From contig CAWFDC010000019.1 in assembly GCA_963814545.1 (NCBI GenBank), positions 229,872 through 293,871 on the forward strand: a DNA stretch of 64,000 nucleotides. The letters run 5' to 3'. Source of the DNA: an uncultured Thermoleophilia bacterium (GTDB taxonomy: Bacteria > Actinomycetota > Thermoleophilia > UBA2241). The notes under the pieces were generated by a model. It was not told the origin of the DNA and made no database searches. It saw only the letters and a program-made list of their open reading frames with translations. Each line of letters begins with the position of its first letter. The first letter of the stretch is position 1. Shown here one piece after another: positions 28,388-39,587 of the stretch. Made by a program: the position numbers and the translations under genes.

Positions 28388-30106
28388 ATGCCACAAGAGC
28401 TCATCCACCTTCAGCCTGTCGATTACCTGATCCTGGCCGTGTACTTCATCTTCGTGCTGGGCATTGGCTGGATGTTGCGGCGGCAGATTCGGACCGGGGC
28501 GGACTTTCTGACCTCCGGGCGGAAGATTCCCGCCTGGATCGCCGGGCTGGCGTTTCTGTCGGCGAACCTCGGTGCGCAGGAGGTGATCGGGATGGGGGCG
28601 TGCGGCGCCAAATACGGGCTGCTGACGTGCCATTTCTATTGGCTGCCGGCGGTGGCGGCGATGGTGTTCGTGGGGGTCTTCATGATGCCCTTCTACTACG
28701 GATCGAAAGCCCGCTCGGTTCCGGAGTATCTGAAGCTGCGGTTTGACGAGAAGACGCGCGGGCTCAACGCCATCACCTTTGCGGCAATGACCGTGCTTTC
28801 GTCCGGCATCTCAATGTTTGCGCTGGCCAAGCTAATGGAACTGCTGCTGGGGTGGAGTTTTCACGGGTGCATGTGGGTGGCCGCCCTGATTGTGCTGGTC
28901 TACATCTTCCTCGGCGGGCTGACCTCCGCGATCTACAACGAGGTGCTCCAGTTCTTCCTGATTGTCATGGGCTTTCTGCCCTTGACGTATCTCGGGCTGC
29001 GGAACATCGGCGGATGGGAAGGCTTGAAGGTGAAGCTTGGCTTCGTAGCCACCAGCCAGGGTTTTGCCGCCGACACGATGACGACGCTTTGGGGGCCGCT
29101 GCGGGCGCCGGAAGCCAACCCGATGGGGGTGGAATGGGTCGGGATGTTGATGGGTTTGGGTTTCGTGCTGGGCTTTGGCTACTGGTGCACCGATTTCCTC
29201 GTGGTGCAACGGGCGATGGCCGCCGAGTCCATGTCCGCCGCACGGCGCACACCGTTGATTGCCGCGATCCCAAAGATGCTCTTCCCCGCCCTGGTCATCG
29301 TGCCCGGCATGATCGCGATCAGCCTGCACCATTCCTCACCTGAGGGCTTTCTTCCGAAAGCGGCCGATGGCTCGCTCGATTACAACCTGGCAACGCCGTT
29401 GATGCTGATTCGCTATTTTCCGAGTGGATTGCTCGGACTGGGGCTGACGGCGCTGATGGCTTCGTTCATGTCAGGCATGGCGGGCAACGTGACGGCCTTC
29501 AACACCGTCTGGACCTATGACATTTACCAGAGCTACATCCGCCCCGGGCAGTCGGACCGGCACTACTTGGGGATGGGGCATTGTGCGACGGTCGGCGGGA
29601 TCCTCCTGAGCATCGGGGCCGCTTACGCCGCGACGAAGTTCAACAACATCATGGACATGCTCCAGCTCGTCTTCGCCTTCGTCAACGCTCCGCTGTTCGC
29701 GACCTTCCTGCTGGGGATGTTCTGGCGGCGCACGACCGGCCACGGCGCGTTTTTCGGGCTGCTGCTGGGGACCGTTGCCGCGGCCGCGCATCATGGCCTG
29801 ACGATGCCGCAAGGCGCGGTGACCTGGCTGAAAGGCGGCTGGCTGGGCACGGTGCTCCACACCTACCATAGCGAGATGGCGCAGAACTTCTGGACGGCCG
29901 TCTGGGCCTGGTCGGTTTGCTTTGCCGCTACCGTTGTCATTTCCCTGCTGACGCCCCAGCGCAAGAGCTTGGAGGAGTTGCGCGGTCTCGTCTATTCGCT
30001 GACGGCCCGGCAAAGACACCCGGAGCTGGCGTGGTATCAGCAGCCCTTGACGTTTGGAGTGATCGTGCTGGCGGCTTGCGTGCTGCTGAACATTCTTTTC
30101 TGGTGA
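28388..30106 (+). CDS. Sodium:solute symporter (SSF) family transporter
   Basis: 572 aa with many TM helices. The N-terminus DYLILAVYFIFVLGIGWMLRR…DFLTSGR is typical of SSF/SglT-like carriers. Confidence 0.88.
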   Translation: MPQELIHLQPVDYLILAVYFIFVLGIGWMLRRQIRTGADFLTSGRKIPAWIAGLAFLSANLGAQEVIGMGACGAKYGLLTCHFYWLPAVAAMVFVGVFMMPFYYGSKARSVPEYLKLRFDEKTRGLNAITFAAMTVLSSGISMFALAKLMELLLGWSFHGCMWVAALIVLVYIFLGGLTSAIYNEVLQFFLIVMGFLPLTYLGLRNIGGWEGLKVKLGFVATSQGFAADTMTTLWGPLRAPEANPMGVEWVGMLMGLGFVLGFGYWCTDFLVVQRAMAAESMSAARRTPLIAAIPKMLFPALVIVPGMIAISLHHSSPEGFLPKAADGSLDYNLATPLMLIRYFPSGLLGLGLTALMASFMSGMAGNVTAFNTVWTYDIYQSYIRPGQSDRHYLGMGHCATVGGILLSIGAAYAATKFNNIMDMLQLVFAFVNAPLFATFLLGMFWRRTTGHGAFFGLLLGTVAAAAHHGLTMPQGAVTWLKGGWLGTVLHTYHSEMAQNFWTAVWAWSVCFAATVVISLLTPQRKSLEELRGLVYSLTARQRHPELAWYQQPLTFGVIVLAACVLLNILFW

Positions 30107-30151
30107 ACCCCGAGGATCTGTGGCGCTGACAAGTGACTTGTGAATTCGACC

Positions 30152-31222
30152 ATGAAACCAAGAGATCGTGTTTTGACTGCCCTGAGCCGCGAGCAGCCAG
30201 ACCGCTGCCCGATGCAGATCAGCTTCACCCCCGAGTTCGCCGCCCGGTTGCGAGCGGACATGGGGCTGACCGGCCGAGACGGTCACAACCCGCACGGGGG
30301 CGGTAACACCTACGAACTTGAGCGCGCGCTGGGCGAGGATCTGTTGCTGACCAGCGTCGGCTGGGCGAATTGCTATTACCAATCGAAAGAACCGTACACG
30401 GATGAATGGGGCATCGGCTGGAAGTCGTGTGAATACACCACGCCCTTCGGCAAAGGTTTCTATACCGAGATCGTCGGCCACCCGCTCGCGGATGACAACG
30501 CCATCTCCTCCTACCGGCCTCCCGACCCGAATCGGCCTGAGCTGTATGCGGATGCCGCCCACCTGATCAAGAATTACAAACAGGACTACTTCATCGTCGG
30601 CGTGACGGTGACGACGATCTTCGAGACGGCCTGGGCGCTGCGGGGGCTGGAGACGATGCTGATGGACCTGGTGGCCGACCCCGATCGTGCCAAAGCCATC
30701 CTCGACATTCCCTACCGGTATCACCTGACGGCGGCGAAGAAGCTGGTCGAGATGGGCGTGGACGCGATCTGGGTTGGCGACGATGTCGGCGCGCAGAATG
30801 CGATGGCCATCTCGCCCGGGCTATGGCGCAGGACTTTCAAACCGATGTGGGCCGAATTCTTCAGCGAGTTGAAACGTCTGAACCCGCGCCTCAAGATCAT
30901 CTACCACTCCGACGGCGTCATTGACCCGATCATTCCAGACTTGATCGAAGTCGGCCTCGATGTCCTCAACCCCATCCAGCCGGCGTGCATGGACCCGGCG
31001 GCTTTGAAAAAGCAGTACGGCGACAAGCTGTGTTTCTGGGGCTCGATTGACCAGCAGCACACCTTGCCGTTCGGCAAGCCCGACGATGTGCGCCGGGAGG
31101 TGCTCACGCGCCTCGACACCATCGGCAAAGGCGGCGGCCTGATCATTGGCCCCACCCACCATGTCCAACTCGATACCCCGATGGAGAACTTCTGGGCGAT
31201 GGTGGACACCATCAAAGCGTAG
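30152..31222 (+). CDS. Uroporphyrinogen-decarboxylase (URO-D) family protein, non-haem-pathway type
   Basis: MKPRDRVLTALSREQPDRCPMQ… and …IYHSDGVIDPIIPDLIEVGLDVLNPIQP…GGGLIIGPTHHVQ are characteristic of the URO-D/MtaA-like fold. Confidence 0.8.
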   Translation: MKPRDRVLTALSREQPDRCPMQISFTPEFAARLRADMGLTGRDGHNPHGGGNTYELERALGEDLLLTSVGWANCYYQSKEPYTDEWGIGWKSCEYTTPFGKGFYTEIVGHPLADDNAISSYRPPDPNRPELYADAAHLIKNYKQDYFIVGVTVTTIFETAWALRGLETMLMDLVADPDRAKAILDIPYRYHLTAAKKLVEMGVDAIWVGDDVGAQNAMAISPGLWRRTFKPMWAEFFSELKRLNPRLKIIYHSDGVIDPIIPDLIEVGLDVLNPIQPACMDPAALKKQYGDKLCFWGSIDQQHTLPFGKPDDVRREVLTRLDTIGKGGGLIIGPTHHVQLDTPMENFWAMVDTIKA

Positions 31223-31402
31223 CAGGGCACGCCGCGAGGAACTCGATCCGAACCAGAAGCCGCATCCGGTGAACCCGCCCGGCGGCCACTATGGCATGAC
31301 GTTCCAGAAGATTGAATTGCTGAGGAATGAATCACCAGGGACAGCGCGCGGTTCGAAATGAAGGCCTGTTGGAATCCCGGCAAGCAACTCACGGTCACAA
31401 CT

Positions 31403-31738
31403 ATGAAAGCATACTCGGCCACACCAGAGAATGGCATTTCGCGGCGTCACTTCCTTCGCTCTGCCTCCTTGGCGACGACCGCGTATCCTGTGCTCAAGGA
31501 AGCCTGCCAGTTCTGGGACGACCACCTGAAACGGCGGCCGGACGGCACGCTCGTCACCCCCGACGGTTGGTCCCCCGAGCACGGTCCGGAGGAGGAAGGC
31601 GTGACCTACGATCAGGAGATCGTCTACGACCTCTTCACCAACACGATCGAGAGCGGCGGCGGCGTCTATCCGAACCTGTTCGACTCCCATCCGCCGTTCC
31701 AGATTGACGGCAATTTCGAATGGGAGGCGAAAATATGA
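31403..31738 (+). pseudogene. Collapsed GH95 (alpha-L-fucosidase-type) remnant
   Basis: Tat-like signal [15 protein letters not shown]. It is fused to [12 protein letters not shown]…[38 protein letters not shown] and then [20 protein letters not shown]. These pieces lie hundreds of residues apart in full-length enzymes. Only 111 codons remain. Confidence 0.6.
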
Positions 31739-34700
31739 ATCAACGACATTTCTGCAGATCCCTCGTCCTCGCGCTGCCACTGCTGCTCGCCGCATCCCTG
31801 CACGCCGCCGATGTGGCGAACCTGCGCTGCGAATACCTCGCCGATCCACTCGGTATCGACGTCGTCAAGCCACGCCTGAGTTGGGTGATCGAGTCCGCCC
31901 AGCGTGGCGAGCGGCAGACGGCGTATCAGGTCTTGGTCGCCTCGACGCCGGAGCTGCTCGCCAAAGACCAGGGTGACCTGTGGAACAGCGGCGAGGTGGC
32001 TTCGGACCAAAGCATCCAGGTGGAATATGCCGGCCAGCCGTTGCGGTCGCGGACCCGGTGCCACTGGAAAGTGCGCGTCTGGGACAAGGACGGCCAACGC
32101 GTCGGCCTGGAGTCAGCCGGCCATCGTGGTCGATGGGCTTGCTCAAGCCCGACGACTGGCAGGCAACGTGGATCAAGCCCGACGTTGCGGTTCCAAGCAA
32201 ACACAGCCTCGAGAATTGCTCCTGGATCTGGTTCCCTCAGACGGGCGGTTTCGACCGGACGCCGCCGGGCACCGCCTATTTCCGTGCGCGCCTGCAACTG
32301 CCGGCGGATGCCGTCGTCCGGCGCGCCTCCGTGGTGATGTGCGCCGACAATTCCTTTGCGCTGTTCGTGAATGGGAAGGAAGCGCTGAAAGGCGACGACT
32401 GGCATGCACCCCAAAAGACCGAAATCACGGGACTGTTGAAGGCCGGCGAGAACATCCTCGCCGTCGCGGCCAACAATCTGGACATCGGTCCGAACTGGGC
32501 GGGATTGATCGGCCGGGTGACCGTCGAACTGGCGGACGGACGCCAGGTCGCTTTGGAAACGGGGCCAGCCTGGAAGACCCAGACATCGCGAGCAGACCGG
32601 CTGGCGGGAGGCCGCGTTCGATGACGCGGGCTGGTCCGCCGCCCAGGAGGTGGCGAAGTTCGGCGCCGCGCCCTGGGGCCAGCTCACCACGAGCCAGGAC
32701 AACGCACCCGCGCCTTGGGTGCGCAAGGTCTTCACCCTCGCGACTCGACCTGACCACGCCGTCGCCCACGTGAACGTGCTGGGCTACTACGAGCTGTATG
32801 TCAACGGTCAGAAGGTCGGGGACGACGTTCTTTCCCCCGCCGTGTCCGACCTCACCAAGCGGTCGTGGTATCGAACCTACGACCTTCATGCGCTGCTCCG
32901 GCCGGGAACGAACTGCATCGGGCTGTGGCTGGATTCGGGATGGCACCGGCCGGGTCCCCTCGCCCGGGTGCAACTCGACTTGTCCGTGGCGGGGCAATCG
33001 GTCCGTCTGGGCTCAGACCGCACCTGGACCTGCGCGCCCAGCAGCCGCACCGCTCTGGGCACCTGGAGCTGGGGCAATATGGGCGGCGAACGCCTCGACG
33101 CTCGCCGCGACATCCCCGATTGGAGCACGGCCGAATGCACTGGCGGGCGAATGGAAGCCAGTCCAAGAAGTGCCGGCTCCCCCGGGCACGGTGGCCGCCC
33201 AATCGTGCCCTCCGAACCGCATTGGTGCGGTCCTTCCCCTGGCCGCCAGCACCGCCCTGAGCCCCAACACCTGGGAGCTGGATTTCGGCACCAACCTCAC
33301 CGGCTGGCTCCGGCTGCGCCTGCCACCCCTGGAGGCCGGACAGCGGATCGTGATGCACTACGCGGACAAACGCTTCCAGACCCCGGAGGGTGATGACACC
33401 CCCGCCGGGAAGATCAAGCCCTCCTCACAGCGCAACTTCAACACGCCCCAAGGAACCGTCGCCTACCAGACGTTCAACCAGGTCGATGAGTTTATCTCCG
33501 CCGGCAAATCCGGCGAGCAGTTCTGCTCGAAATTCAACTATCACGGTTTCCGCTACGTCATCCTTGAGGGCTTGCCGGCGCCGCCAACCCCGGGCGACGC
33601 CGAGGCGCTTCTGGTCGAATCGGCCCTCGAACCAGCCGGCACGTTCGCGTGCTCCAACGACCTGTTCAATCGCATCCACCAGGTCAACCTCTGGACGCTC
33701 CGCTGTCTCAATCTGGGCGGTTACCTGGTGGATTGTCCCCATCGCGAGCGGCTGGGATATGGCGACGGTCAGGTGGGCGTCGAATCACTGATGATGAACT
33801 GCAATGCGGCGGCCTTCTATGCCAAGTGGGCCACCGACTGGCTGGCGGCGCAGAATCCCTCCACGGGTGAGATTCCCTATACCGCCCCCAAGTTCTGCGA
33901 CAGCGGCGGCGGGCCGGGCTGGGGCGGGGCCGGCTGCGTGCTGCCCTGGAAACTGTACCTGCATTACGGCGACCGACGTCTGCTCGAACGCGCCTACGAG
34001 CCGATGCGGCGCTACGTTGAGTTCCTCGAAAGCAAATGCACCAACGACGTGCTCCGGCGCTACGGCGGCGACTGGGATTTCATTGGCGACTGGGTCCCCC
34101 CGGGGCGCGGCATGGATACCAGCAACTGGCCGCCCAAACCGGCCGCCGAACTGTTCAACAACGCCTACCGCCTCTATCTCTGGGACCAGCTCGCCCGTGC
34201 CGCCGCTGCCCTTGGACGGACTGAGGAAGCGCAGCGCTGCCGAACCCGGATCAGCGAACTCAGGCCGCTCATTCATGCCGCCTTCTACGATGCTTCTCGC
34301 CAGCTCTACGTTCTCGATGAGCAATCGTACCAGGTGATGCCCCTGATGACGGGGATCGTTCCAGAAGACTTGCGCGGAATCATCCTGCGGAAGCTCGAAG
34401 ACGGCATCCTGGTGAAGCGGAAGGGCCACTTGGACACCGGGATGCTGGGCACCTATTTCCTCATCCAATACCTCCAGGAAACCGGACGCAGCGACCTGCT
34501 CTTCACCCTCTTCAACCAGAAGACCTATCCCAGTTGGGGCTACATGGTTTCCCAGGGAGCCACGACATTCTGGGAGCAATGGAACGGCTATTGGTCCCAG
34601 ATCCACTCCTGCTTCACCAGCCCCGGCGGCTGGTTCTACGAAGGCCTGGCCGGCATCCGCCCCGATCCGTCCGGACCGGGTTTCAAGAGCGATCCTCATC

Positions 34701-35006
34701 AAACCCGCGGTCGTCGGCGACCTGACGTGGGTGAAGGCCAGCTATGACTCGATCCACGGCCGCATCCTCAGCCACTGGCAACGCGAGGGTGATCAACTGA
34801 CTCTGGACGTCAAAATCCCGCCGAACACCACGGCGACGGTCCATTTGCCTGCGAAGGCTCCCGCTGGCGTGACCGAATCGGGTCAATCCGCGGAGCAGGC
34901 CGTCGGGGTGAAATTCCTGCGCGCCGAAAAGGGAACCGCAGTCTTTGAAGTCGGTTCGGGTTCGTATCGTTTCCAATCACAGATTCCTGAGGCCCACGAC
35001 CGATGA
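31735..35006 (+). pseudogene. GH78 alpha-L-rhamnosidase, at least five frame breaks
   Basis: N-terminus LRCEYLADPLGIDVVKPRLSWV…QTAYQVLVAS…DLWNSGEV…HWKVRVWDKDGQ. Catalytic part …LVDCPHRERLGYGDGQ…GATTFWEQW. Continuity runs across track ORFs 31720, 31904, 31980, 32650, 32798 and 34731. Breaks at 32098, 32123, ~32590, ~33130 and ~34690. Confidence 0.85.
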
Positions 35007-35043
35007 CGAGTGGGCTGAATTCACAATGTAGAAATCACCATTC

Positions 35044-37279
35044 ATGAAACAGAATAGCCCCCTCCTCACTTTCATGGCGCTCTCGGCGCTCCTCTGCGCC
35101 CACGCCAGCCCCGCGGCGGAAGGCAGCGCCCGCTTGTTGGCGCAGGTCGAGCCGCGGATCAAGGCGATCTACGAAACGGGCGAGTTTCGCATGCGCTCCT
35201 TTCACGCGACCTGGCTGCCGGACGGCTCGGGCTATCTGAAGTTGGAGACGCCCGCCGGCGCGGCGGGCGCGGAGATCGCCCGCTACGATTCCGCCAGCGG
35301 CCAACGCACGGTCGTGGTTGCCGGTGCGAAACTCCTCGTTCCCGGCACCTCCGAACGGCTGAGGATCCACGGATTCGTCTGCTCGCCGACGGGCAAGCGA
35401 TTCCTGCTGCACACAGACGAGACGGGCGGGAGCGATCGCTGGTGGTATGAGCCGGAGTCGGGTGACGTTGCGTTCGGTGGACGCCGGGCGCGGAGCGCGG
35501 TTTGAGTCGAATGCCTTTTCACCGGATGGGCAGCGGCTCTTGGGTTCGCGCGGCGCGGACTTGATCGTGTTCGACATGGCCAGCGGCCGGACGATTCCGC
35601 TGACCAAAGACGGCGATCCCGACACCGTCGAAAACGGCCTCGCCAGTTGGAGTCCCGACGGCAAATGGATCGCCTATATCCGGACCGATTCCTCGGCCGT
35701 CCCCAAACGGGCGGTCCTCGTGCCCGGCGACCCGACGTATCGCACCTTCCGGGAAACGAGATATGAACGGATCGGCGGGCCGATTTCCACGCTGCGCATC
35801 GGCGTCGTGGGCGGGGAAGGTGGCCCCACGCGCTGGATCGAATTGGCCGACAAGCCGGGGACATTCTATCTGAACCAAGTGAGCTGGGCCGGAAATTCCG
35901 ACGAAGTGCTGGTCGAGAAATTGAGCCGCTCTCGGGACGCGCGGGAATTCCTGCTCGCCAACCATCGCACCGGCGCGATCGCCAAAGCCTACGCGGAAAC
36001 CGATCCCGCCTGGGTGGATATGGAGCCGTCGGCCAATCGATGGGCTGGAGTGGATTCGCGGCGGCGAGGCCTTTGTCATCATCAGTGAGCGGGACGGCTG
36101 GCGGCGCGCTTATGTCGTCTCGCGGGACGGTTCCAGCATGAAGCCGATTACCGCGGCGGGCAGCGACCTCATCGCGCGCGGCCAGGTGGATGACAAGAAC
36201 GGATGGTTCTACTATTTCGCGTCACCGACCAACGCGACGCAACGCTACCTTTACCGCGCGCGCCTGGATGGAACCGGCACGCCCGAACGGTTGACGCCGC
36301 CGGATCAGCCCGGCTCGCACCGCTATGTGTTTTCTCCCGACAGCCGTTGGGCGTTTCACACCTATTCCACCTTCGACCAGCCGCCGGTGACCGATCTGGT
36401 GCAACTGCCGGAACACCGGAGCGTGCGCGTGCTGGAGGACAACGCCGCTGCCGGCCGCCCGGGTCAAGCCGCTCATCGCGCGGCCCACCGAGTTCCTCCA
36501 ACTCGACATCGGCGGCGGCGTGGTGATGGACGCCTGGATGATCAAACCGCGCGATTTTGATCCCACGAAGAAGTATCCGGTGTTCGTGTTCGTCTATGGC
36601 GAACCGGCCGGACAAACGGTGCTGGACGACTGGTACGGTGGCCAAGGGCACAGCCTCTTTCACCGGGCGGTGGCCGACCTGGGTTACATCGTGGTTTCGA
36701 TCGACAACCGGGGCACGCCGGCGCCCAAGGGGGCGGCGTGGCGGCGGGCGGTGTTTGGCAGCCTCGGGCCGCTCTCGACCGAGGAGCAGGCGGCGGGCCT
36801 GAAGGCGCTGGCGCGGCTCTGCCCGTTCGTGGACCTTTCGCGCGTGGCCATCTGGGGGTGGAGCGGCGGCGGCTCGAACACGCTCGAACGCGCTGTTCCG
36901 CAAGCCGGACGTTTATCACGTGGGCATCGCCGTCGTGCCGAAGCCTCAGCCGCAGTATTACAACGCCGGGTATCAGGAGATTTACATGCGCACGCCGCAG
37001 GACAATCCCGAGGGCTACCGCACCTGCGCGCCGATCAACTACGCCGAGGGCCTGCGCGGCGACCTGCTCATCATCGTCGGCACCGGGGAGACGAACACGC
37101 ATGTGGAGATCACCGAAGGGCTGGTGGACCGGCTCATCGAGCTGGGCAAACGCTTCGACTACTTCGCCTATCCCAACCGCGACCACGGCCTGCATGAAGG
37201 CAAGGGCACCGAGGTCCACCTGCGGATGCTCATCATTCGGTATCTCATCGAACACCTGCCCCAGGGCCGCGTTGAATGA
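35044..37279 (+). pseudogene. S9-family (DPP IV-like) serine peptidase, four frame breaks
   Basis: Beta-propeller part (FSPDGQRLL, WSPDGKWIAYIR). Hydrolase part (YPVFVFVYGEPAGQ, GWSGGG nucleophile, NRDHGL). Continuity runs across track ORFs 35044, 35447, 36138, 36520 and 36920. Breaks at ~35463, ~36038, ~36455 and ~36888. Confidence 0.82.
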
Positions 37280-39299
37280 ACCTTAACCCATATCACCCGC
37301 GCAGCGCTCTGCGCACTAGGGCGAGCGAAACGCGAATGCTCATCTGTTGCTTGGGGCCTGCGGTGAAACCTTGGCGCTTCATCCCTGCAACTCAGGGGCT
37401 GAGACGGACGCTGGCCTGCACTTTCCTGGCCATGGCCGGGTTGGGTGGGACAACTGTTTCCGCTTCGGAGGAGCCCGCCGTGCCCGCGCGGCCCGTGTTC
37501 CGGGACGGGCAGGCGCAGGTCGTTCCGGCGTTCGAAGATCCGTCGAGCTGGGTCCGCGAGTCGCTGTGGGTGGAGACGGAGTTCGACTCCGACGGGGACG
37601 GCCGACGTGACCGGGTGTTCACGGACGTCACGCGCCCGGGGCAAACCGAGACGGAAGGACTGAAGGTCCCGGTGATTTACGAGTCCTCGCCGTATTTCGC
37701 AGGGACCGCGGATAGCAAGGGTTTGTACTGGGACGTGCGAGCAGGAAGTGGGAGCGGTGCCGCCGGCGCGGACCGATCACATCCGGGTTCCCTACCAGCC
37801 CGGGCGGACGAACGTTTCAGATGGGTTGCTCAAGACGTGGGTCCCGCGAGGTTTCGCCGTGGTGCACTCCGACGCGCCCGGCACCGGGCTTTCGGACGGG
37901 TGCGTGACCATAGGCGGGCCGCCGGAGGCCCTGGCGCCCAAGGCGGTGATCGACTGGCTCAACGGCCGGGCGCGGGGGTTCCGGACGCGGGAGGGAACCG
38001 AGGAAGTGCGGGCGACGCGATGGTGTACGGGCAAGGTGGGTATGATCGGAACTTCGTACGACGGCACGATCTCCCTGGCAGCGGCCACAACAGGAGTGAA
38101 GGGCCTCGAAGCCATCATCCCGGTGGCGCCGAACACGTCCTACTACCACTACTACCGCAGCCATGGCCTGGTGCGGCACCCGGGGGGCTGGCTGGGTGAG
38201 GACATTGACTCGTTGTATGACGGGGTGAGAAGCGGGGAGCCGGCGCGGGCGGAGTGGGGGGACACGCATATCCGGGACGGGGTGTTCGCGAGGGGACGCG
38301 ATCGCCAGAGCGGCGACTACAACGCCTTCTGGGCGGAGCGGGACTTGCTGAAGAAGGTGCGGGGGGTAAAGGCCGCAGTGCTGATGGCGCACGCGTTCAA
38401 CGACTGGAACGTGATGCCCGAGCACAGCGTGCGGATCGCCAGCGCGCTGAAGGGCCGGGTGCCGCTGCGCATGTATTTTCACCAGGGCGGCCACGGCGGG
38501 GACCCGCCCATGGCGATGGTGAACCGCTGGTTTTCCCGGTATCTGTACGACATTCCCAACGGGGTCGACAAGGGCGCCGCGGGCGTGGATCGTGCGCGAG
38601 TCCGACCCGGGCACAACCCCTGGCCAGAAGGGCCGTGCGCCGGAACTGCCCACGCCCTACGCCGATTACCCGAACCCCGAGGCGTCGGTCGTGACGCTGC
38701 GCCCCGGGGCGGGGGGTGGCGCCATGGGGCCGCTGGGATTGCGCATCAAACGCAAGCAGGGAACGGAGACGCTGGTGGATAACGTCGAGGTTGCCGGGGC
38801 CGACCTGGCGAAAGCCGGGGCATCGGATCACCGTCTGCTCTACGCCACGCCCGAGTTGCTGACGCCGCTGCACATCTCGGGCACCCCGCGAATCACGCTC
38901 CGGCTGGCGTCGAGCAAACCGGCGGCGAACCTCTCGGTTTGGCTGGTGGTGCTGCCGTGGACGGACGGCCCGATCGGGCCGGCGAACATCATCACCCGCG
39001 GTTGGGCCGACCCGCAAAACCATGCCTCGCTGAAGCACGGCGGCGATTACCATTCCATGAAACGCGGCGAACCGCTGGTCCCGGGCAAGTTCTACCGGCT
39101 GACGTTCGATCTCCAACCCGACGACCAGGTGATCCCAGCGGGCAAACGGATCGGCCTGATGATCTTCTCCAGCGATCGCGACTTCACGCTCTGGCCCAAA
39201 CCGGGCACCGAGCTGACCTTGGACCTCGACGGGACCAGCCTGCGCCTGCCGGTGGTGGGAGGTCGGAACTGGTTTGAAGAAGCCGTGGGGGAGGGATGA
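37276..39299 (+). pseudogene. S15-family Xaa-Pro dipeptidyl-peptidase-like hydrolase, two frame breaks
   Basis: …DGDGRRDRVFTDVTRP…LKVPVIYESSPY…, GFAVVHSDAPGTGLSDG, GMIGTSYDG, and a C-terminal beta-sandwich (…RITLRLASSKPAANLSVWLV…). Continuity runs across track ORFs 37276, 37748 and 38592. Breaks at ~37738 and ~38572. Start is uncertain. Confidence 0.78.
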
Positions 39300-39587
39300 T
39301 GAATGAACTGAGATTCTCGATGAAGCACATCCAGAGAAGTCCGCAGGATAGGCGACACAACGCCCCTCACGCGCCTTCCCGCCTTTGCTCTCCGAGCTGC
39401 GGCGGACAAGCCGGGCACCCTCTCCCCCAGCCGATGGAAAGAGGGACGGCGTGAGGGTTCAGTGTCACGTATCGTGCGCACTGCACAGTATGAAGGTCCG
39501 AGAATCACGTTCGATCGGTTCCGTGTGATTCGGAAAGCGCTTTCCGCCCGCGAGGTGATACTTCAAAACAAACCGGAGACCAAAGAA

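Noticed and set aside
25786-39299. Programmed ribosomal frameshifting or recoding as an explanation for the split genes.
   Set aside because: There are multiple breaks per gene in both directions. I saw no shared slippery heptamer or downstream structure at the junctions I examined. One break is a 4-bp duplication, and collapsed remnants lie alongside. All of this fits decay or assembly error, not recoding.
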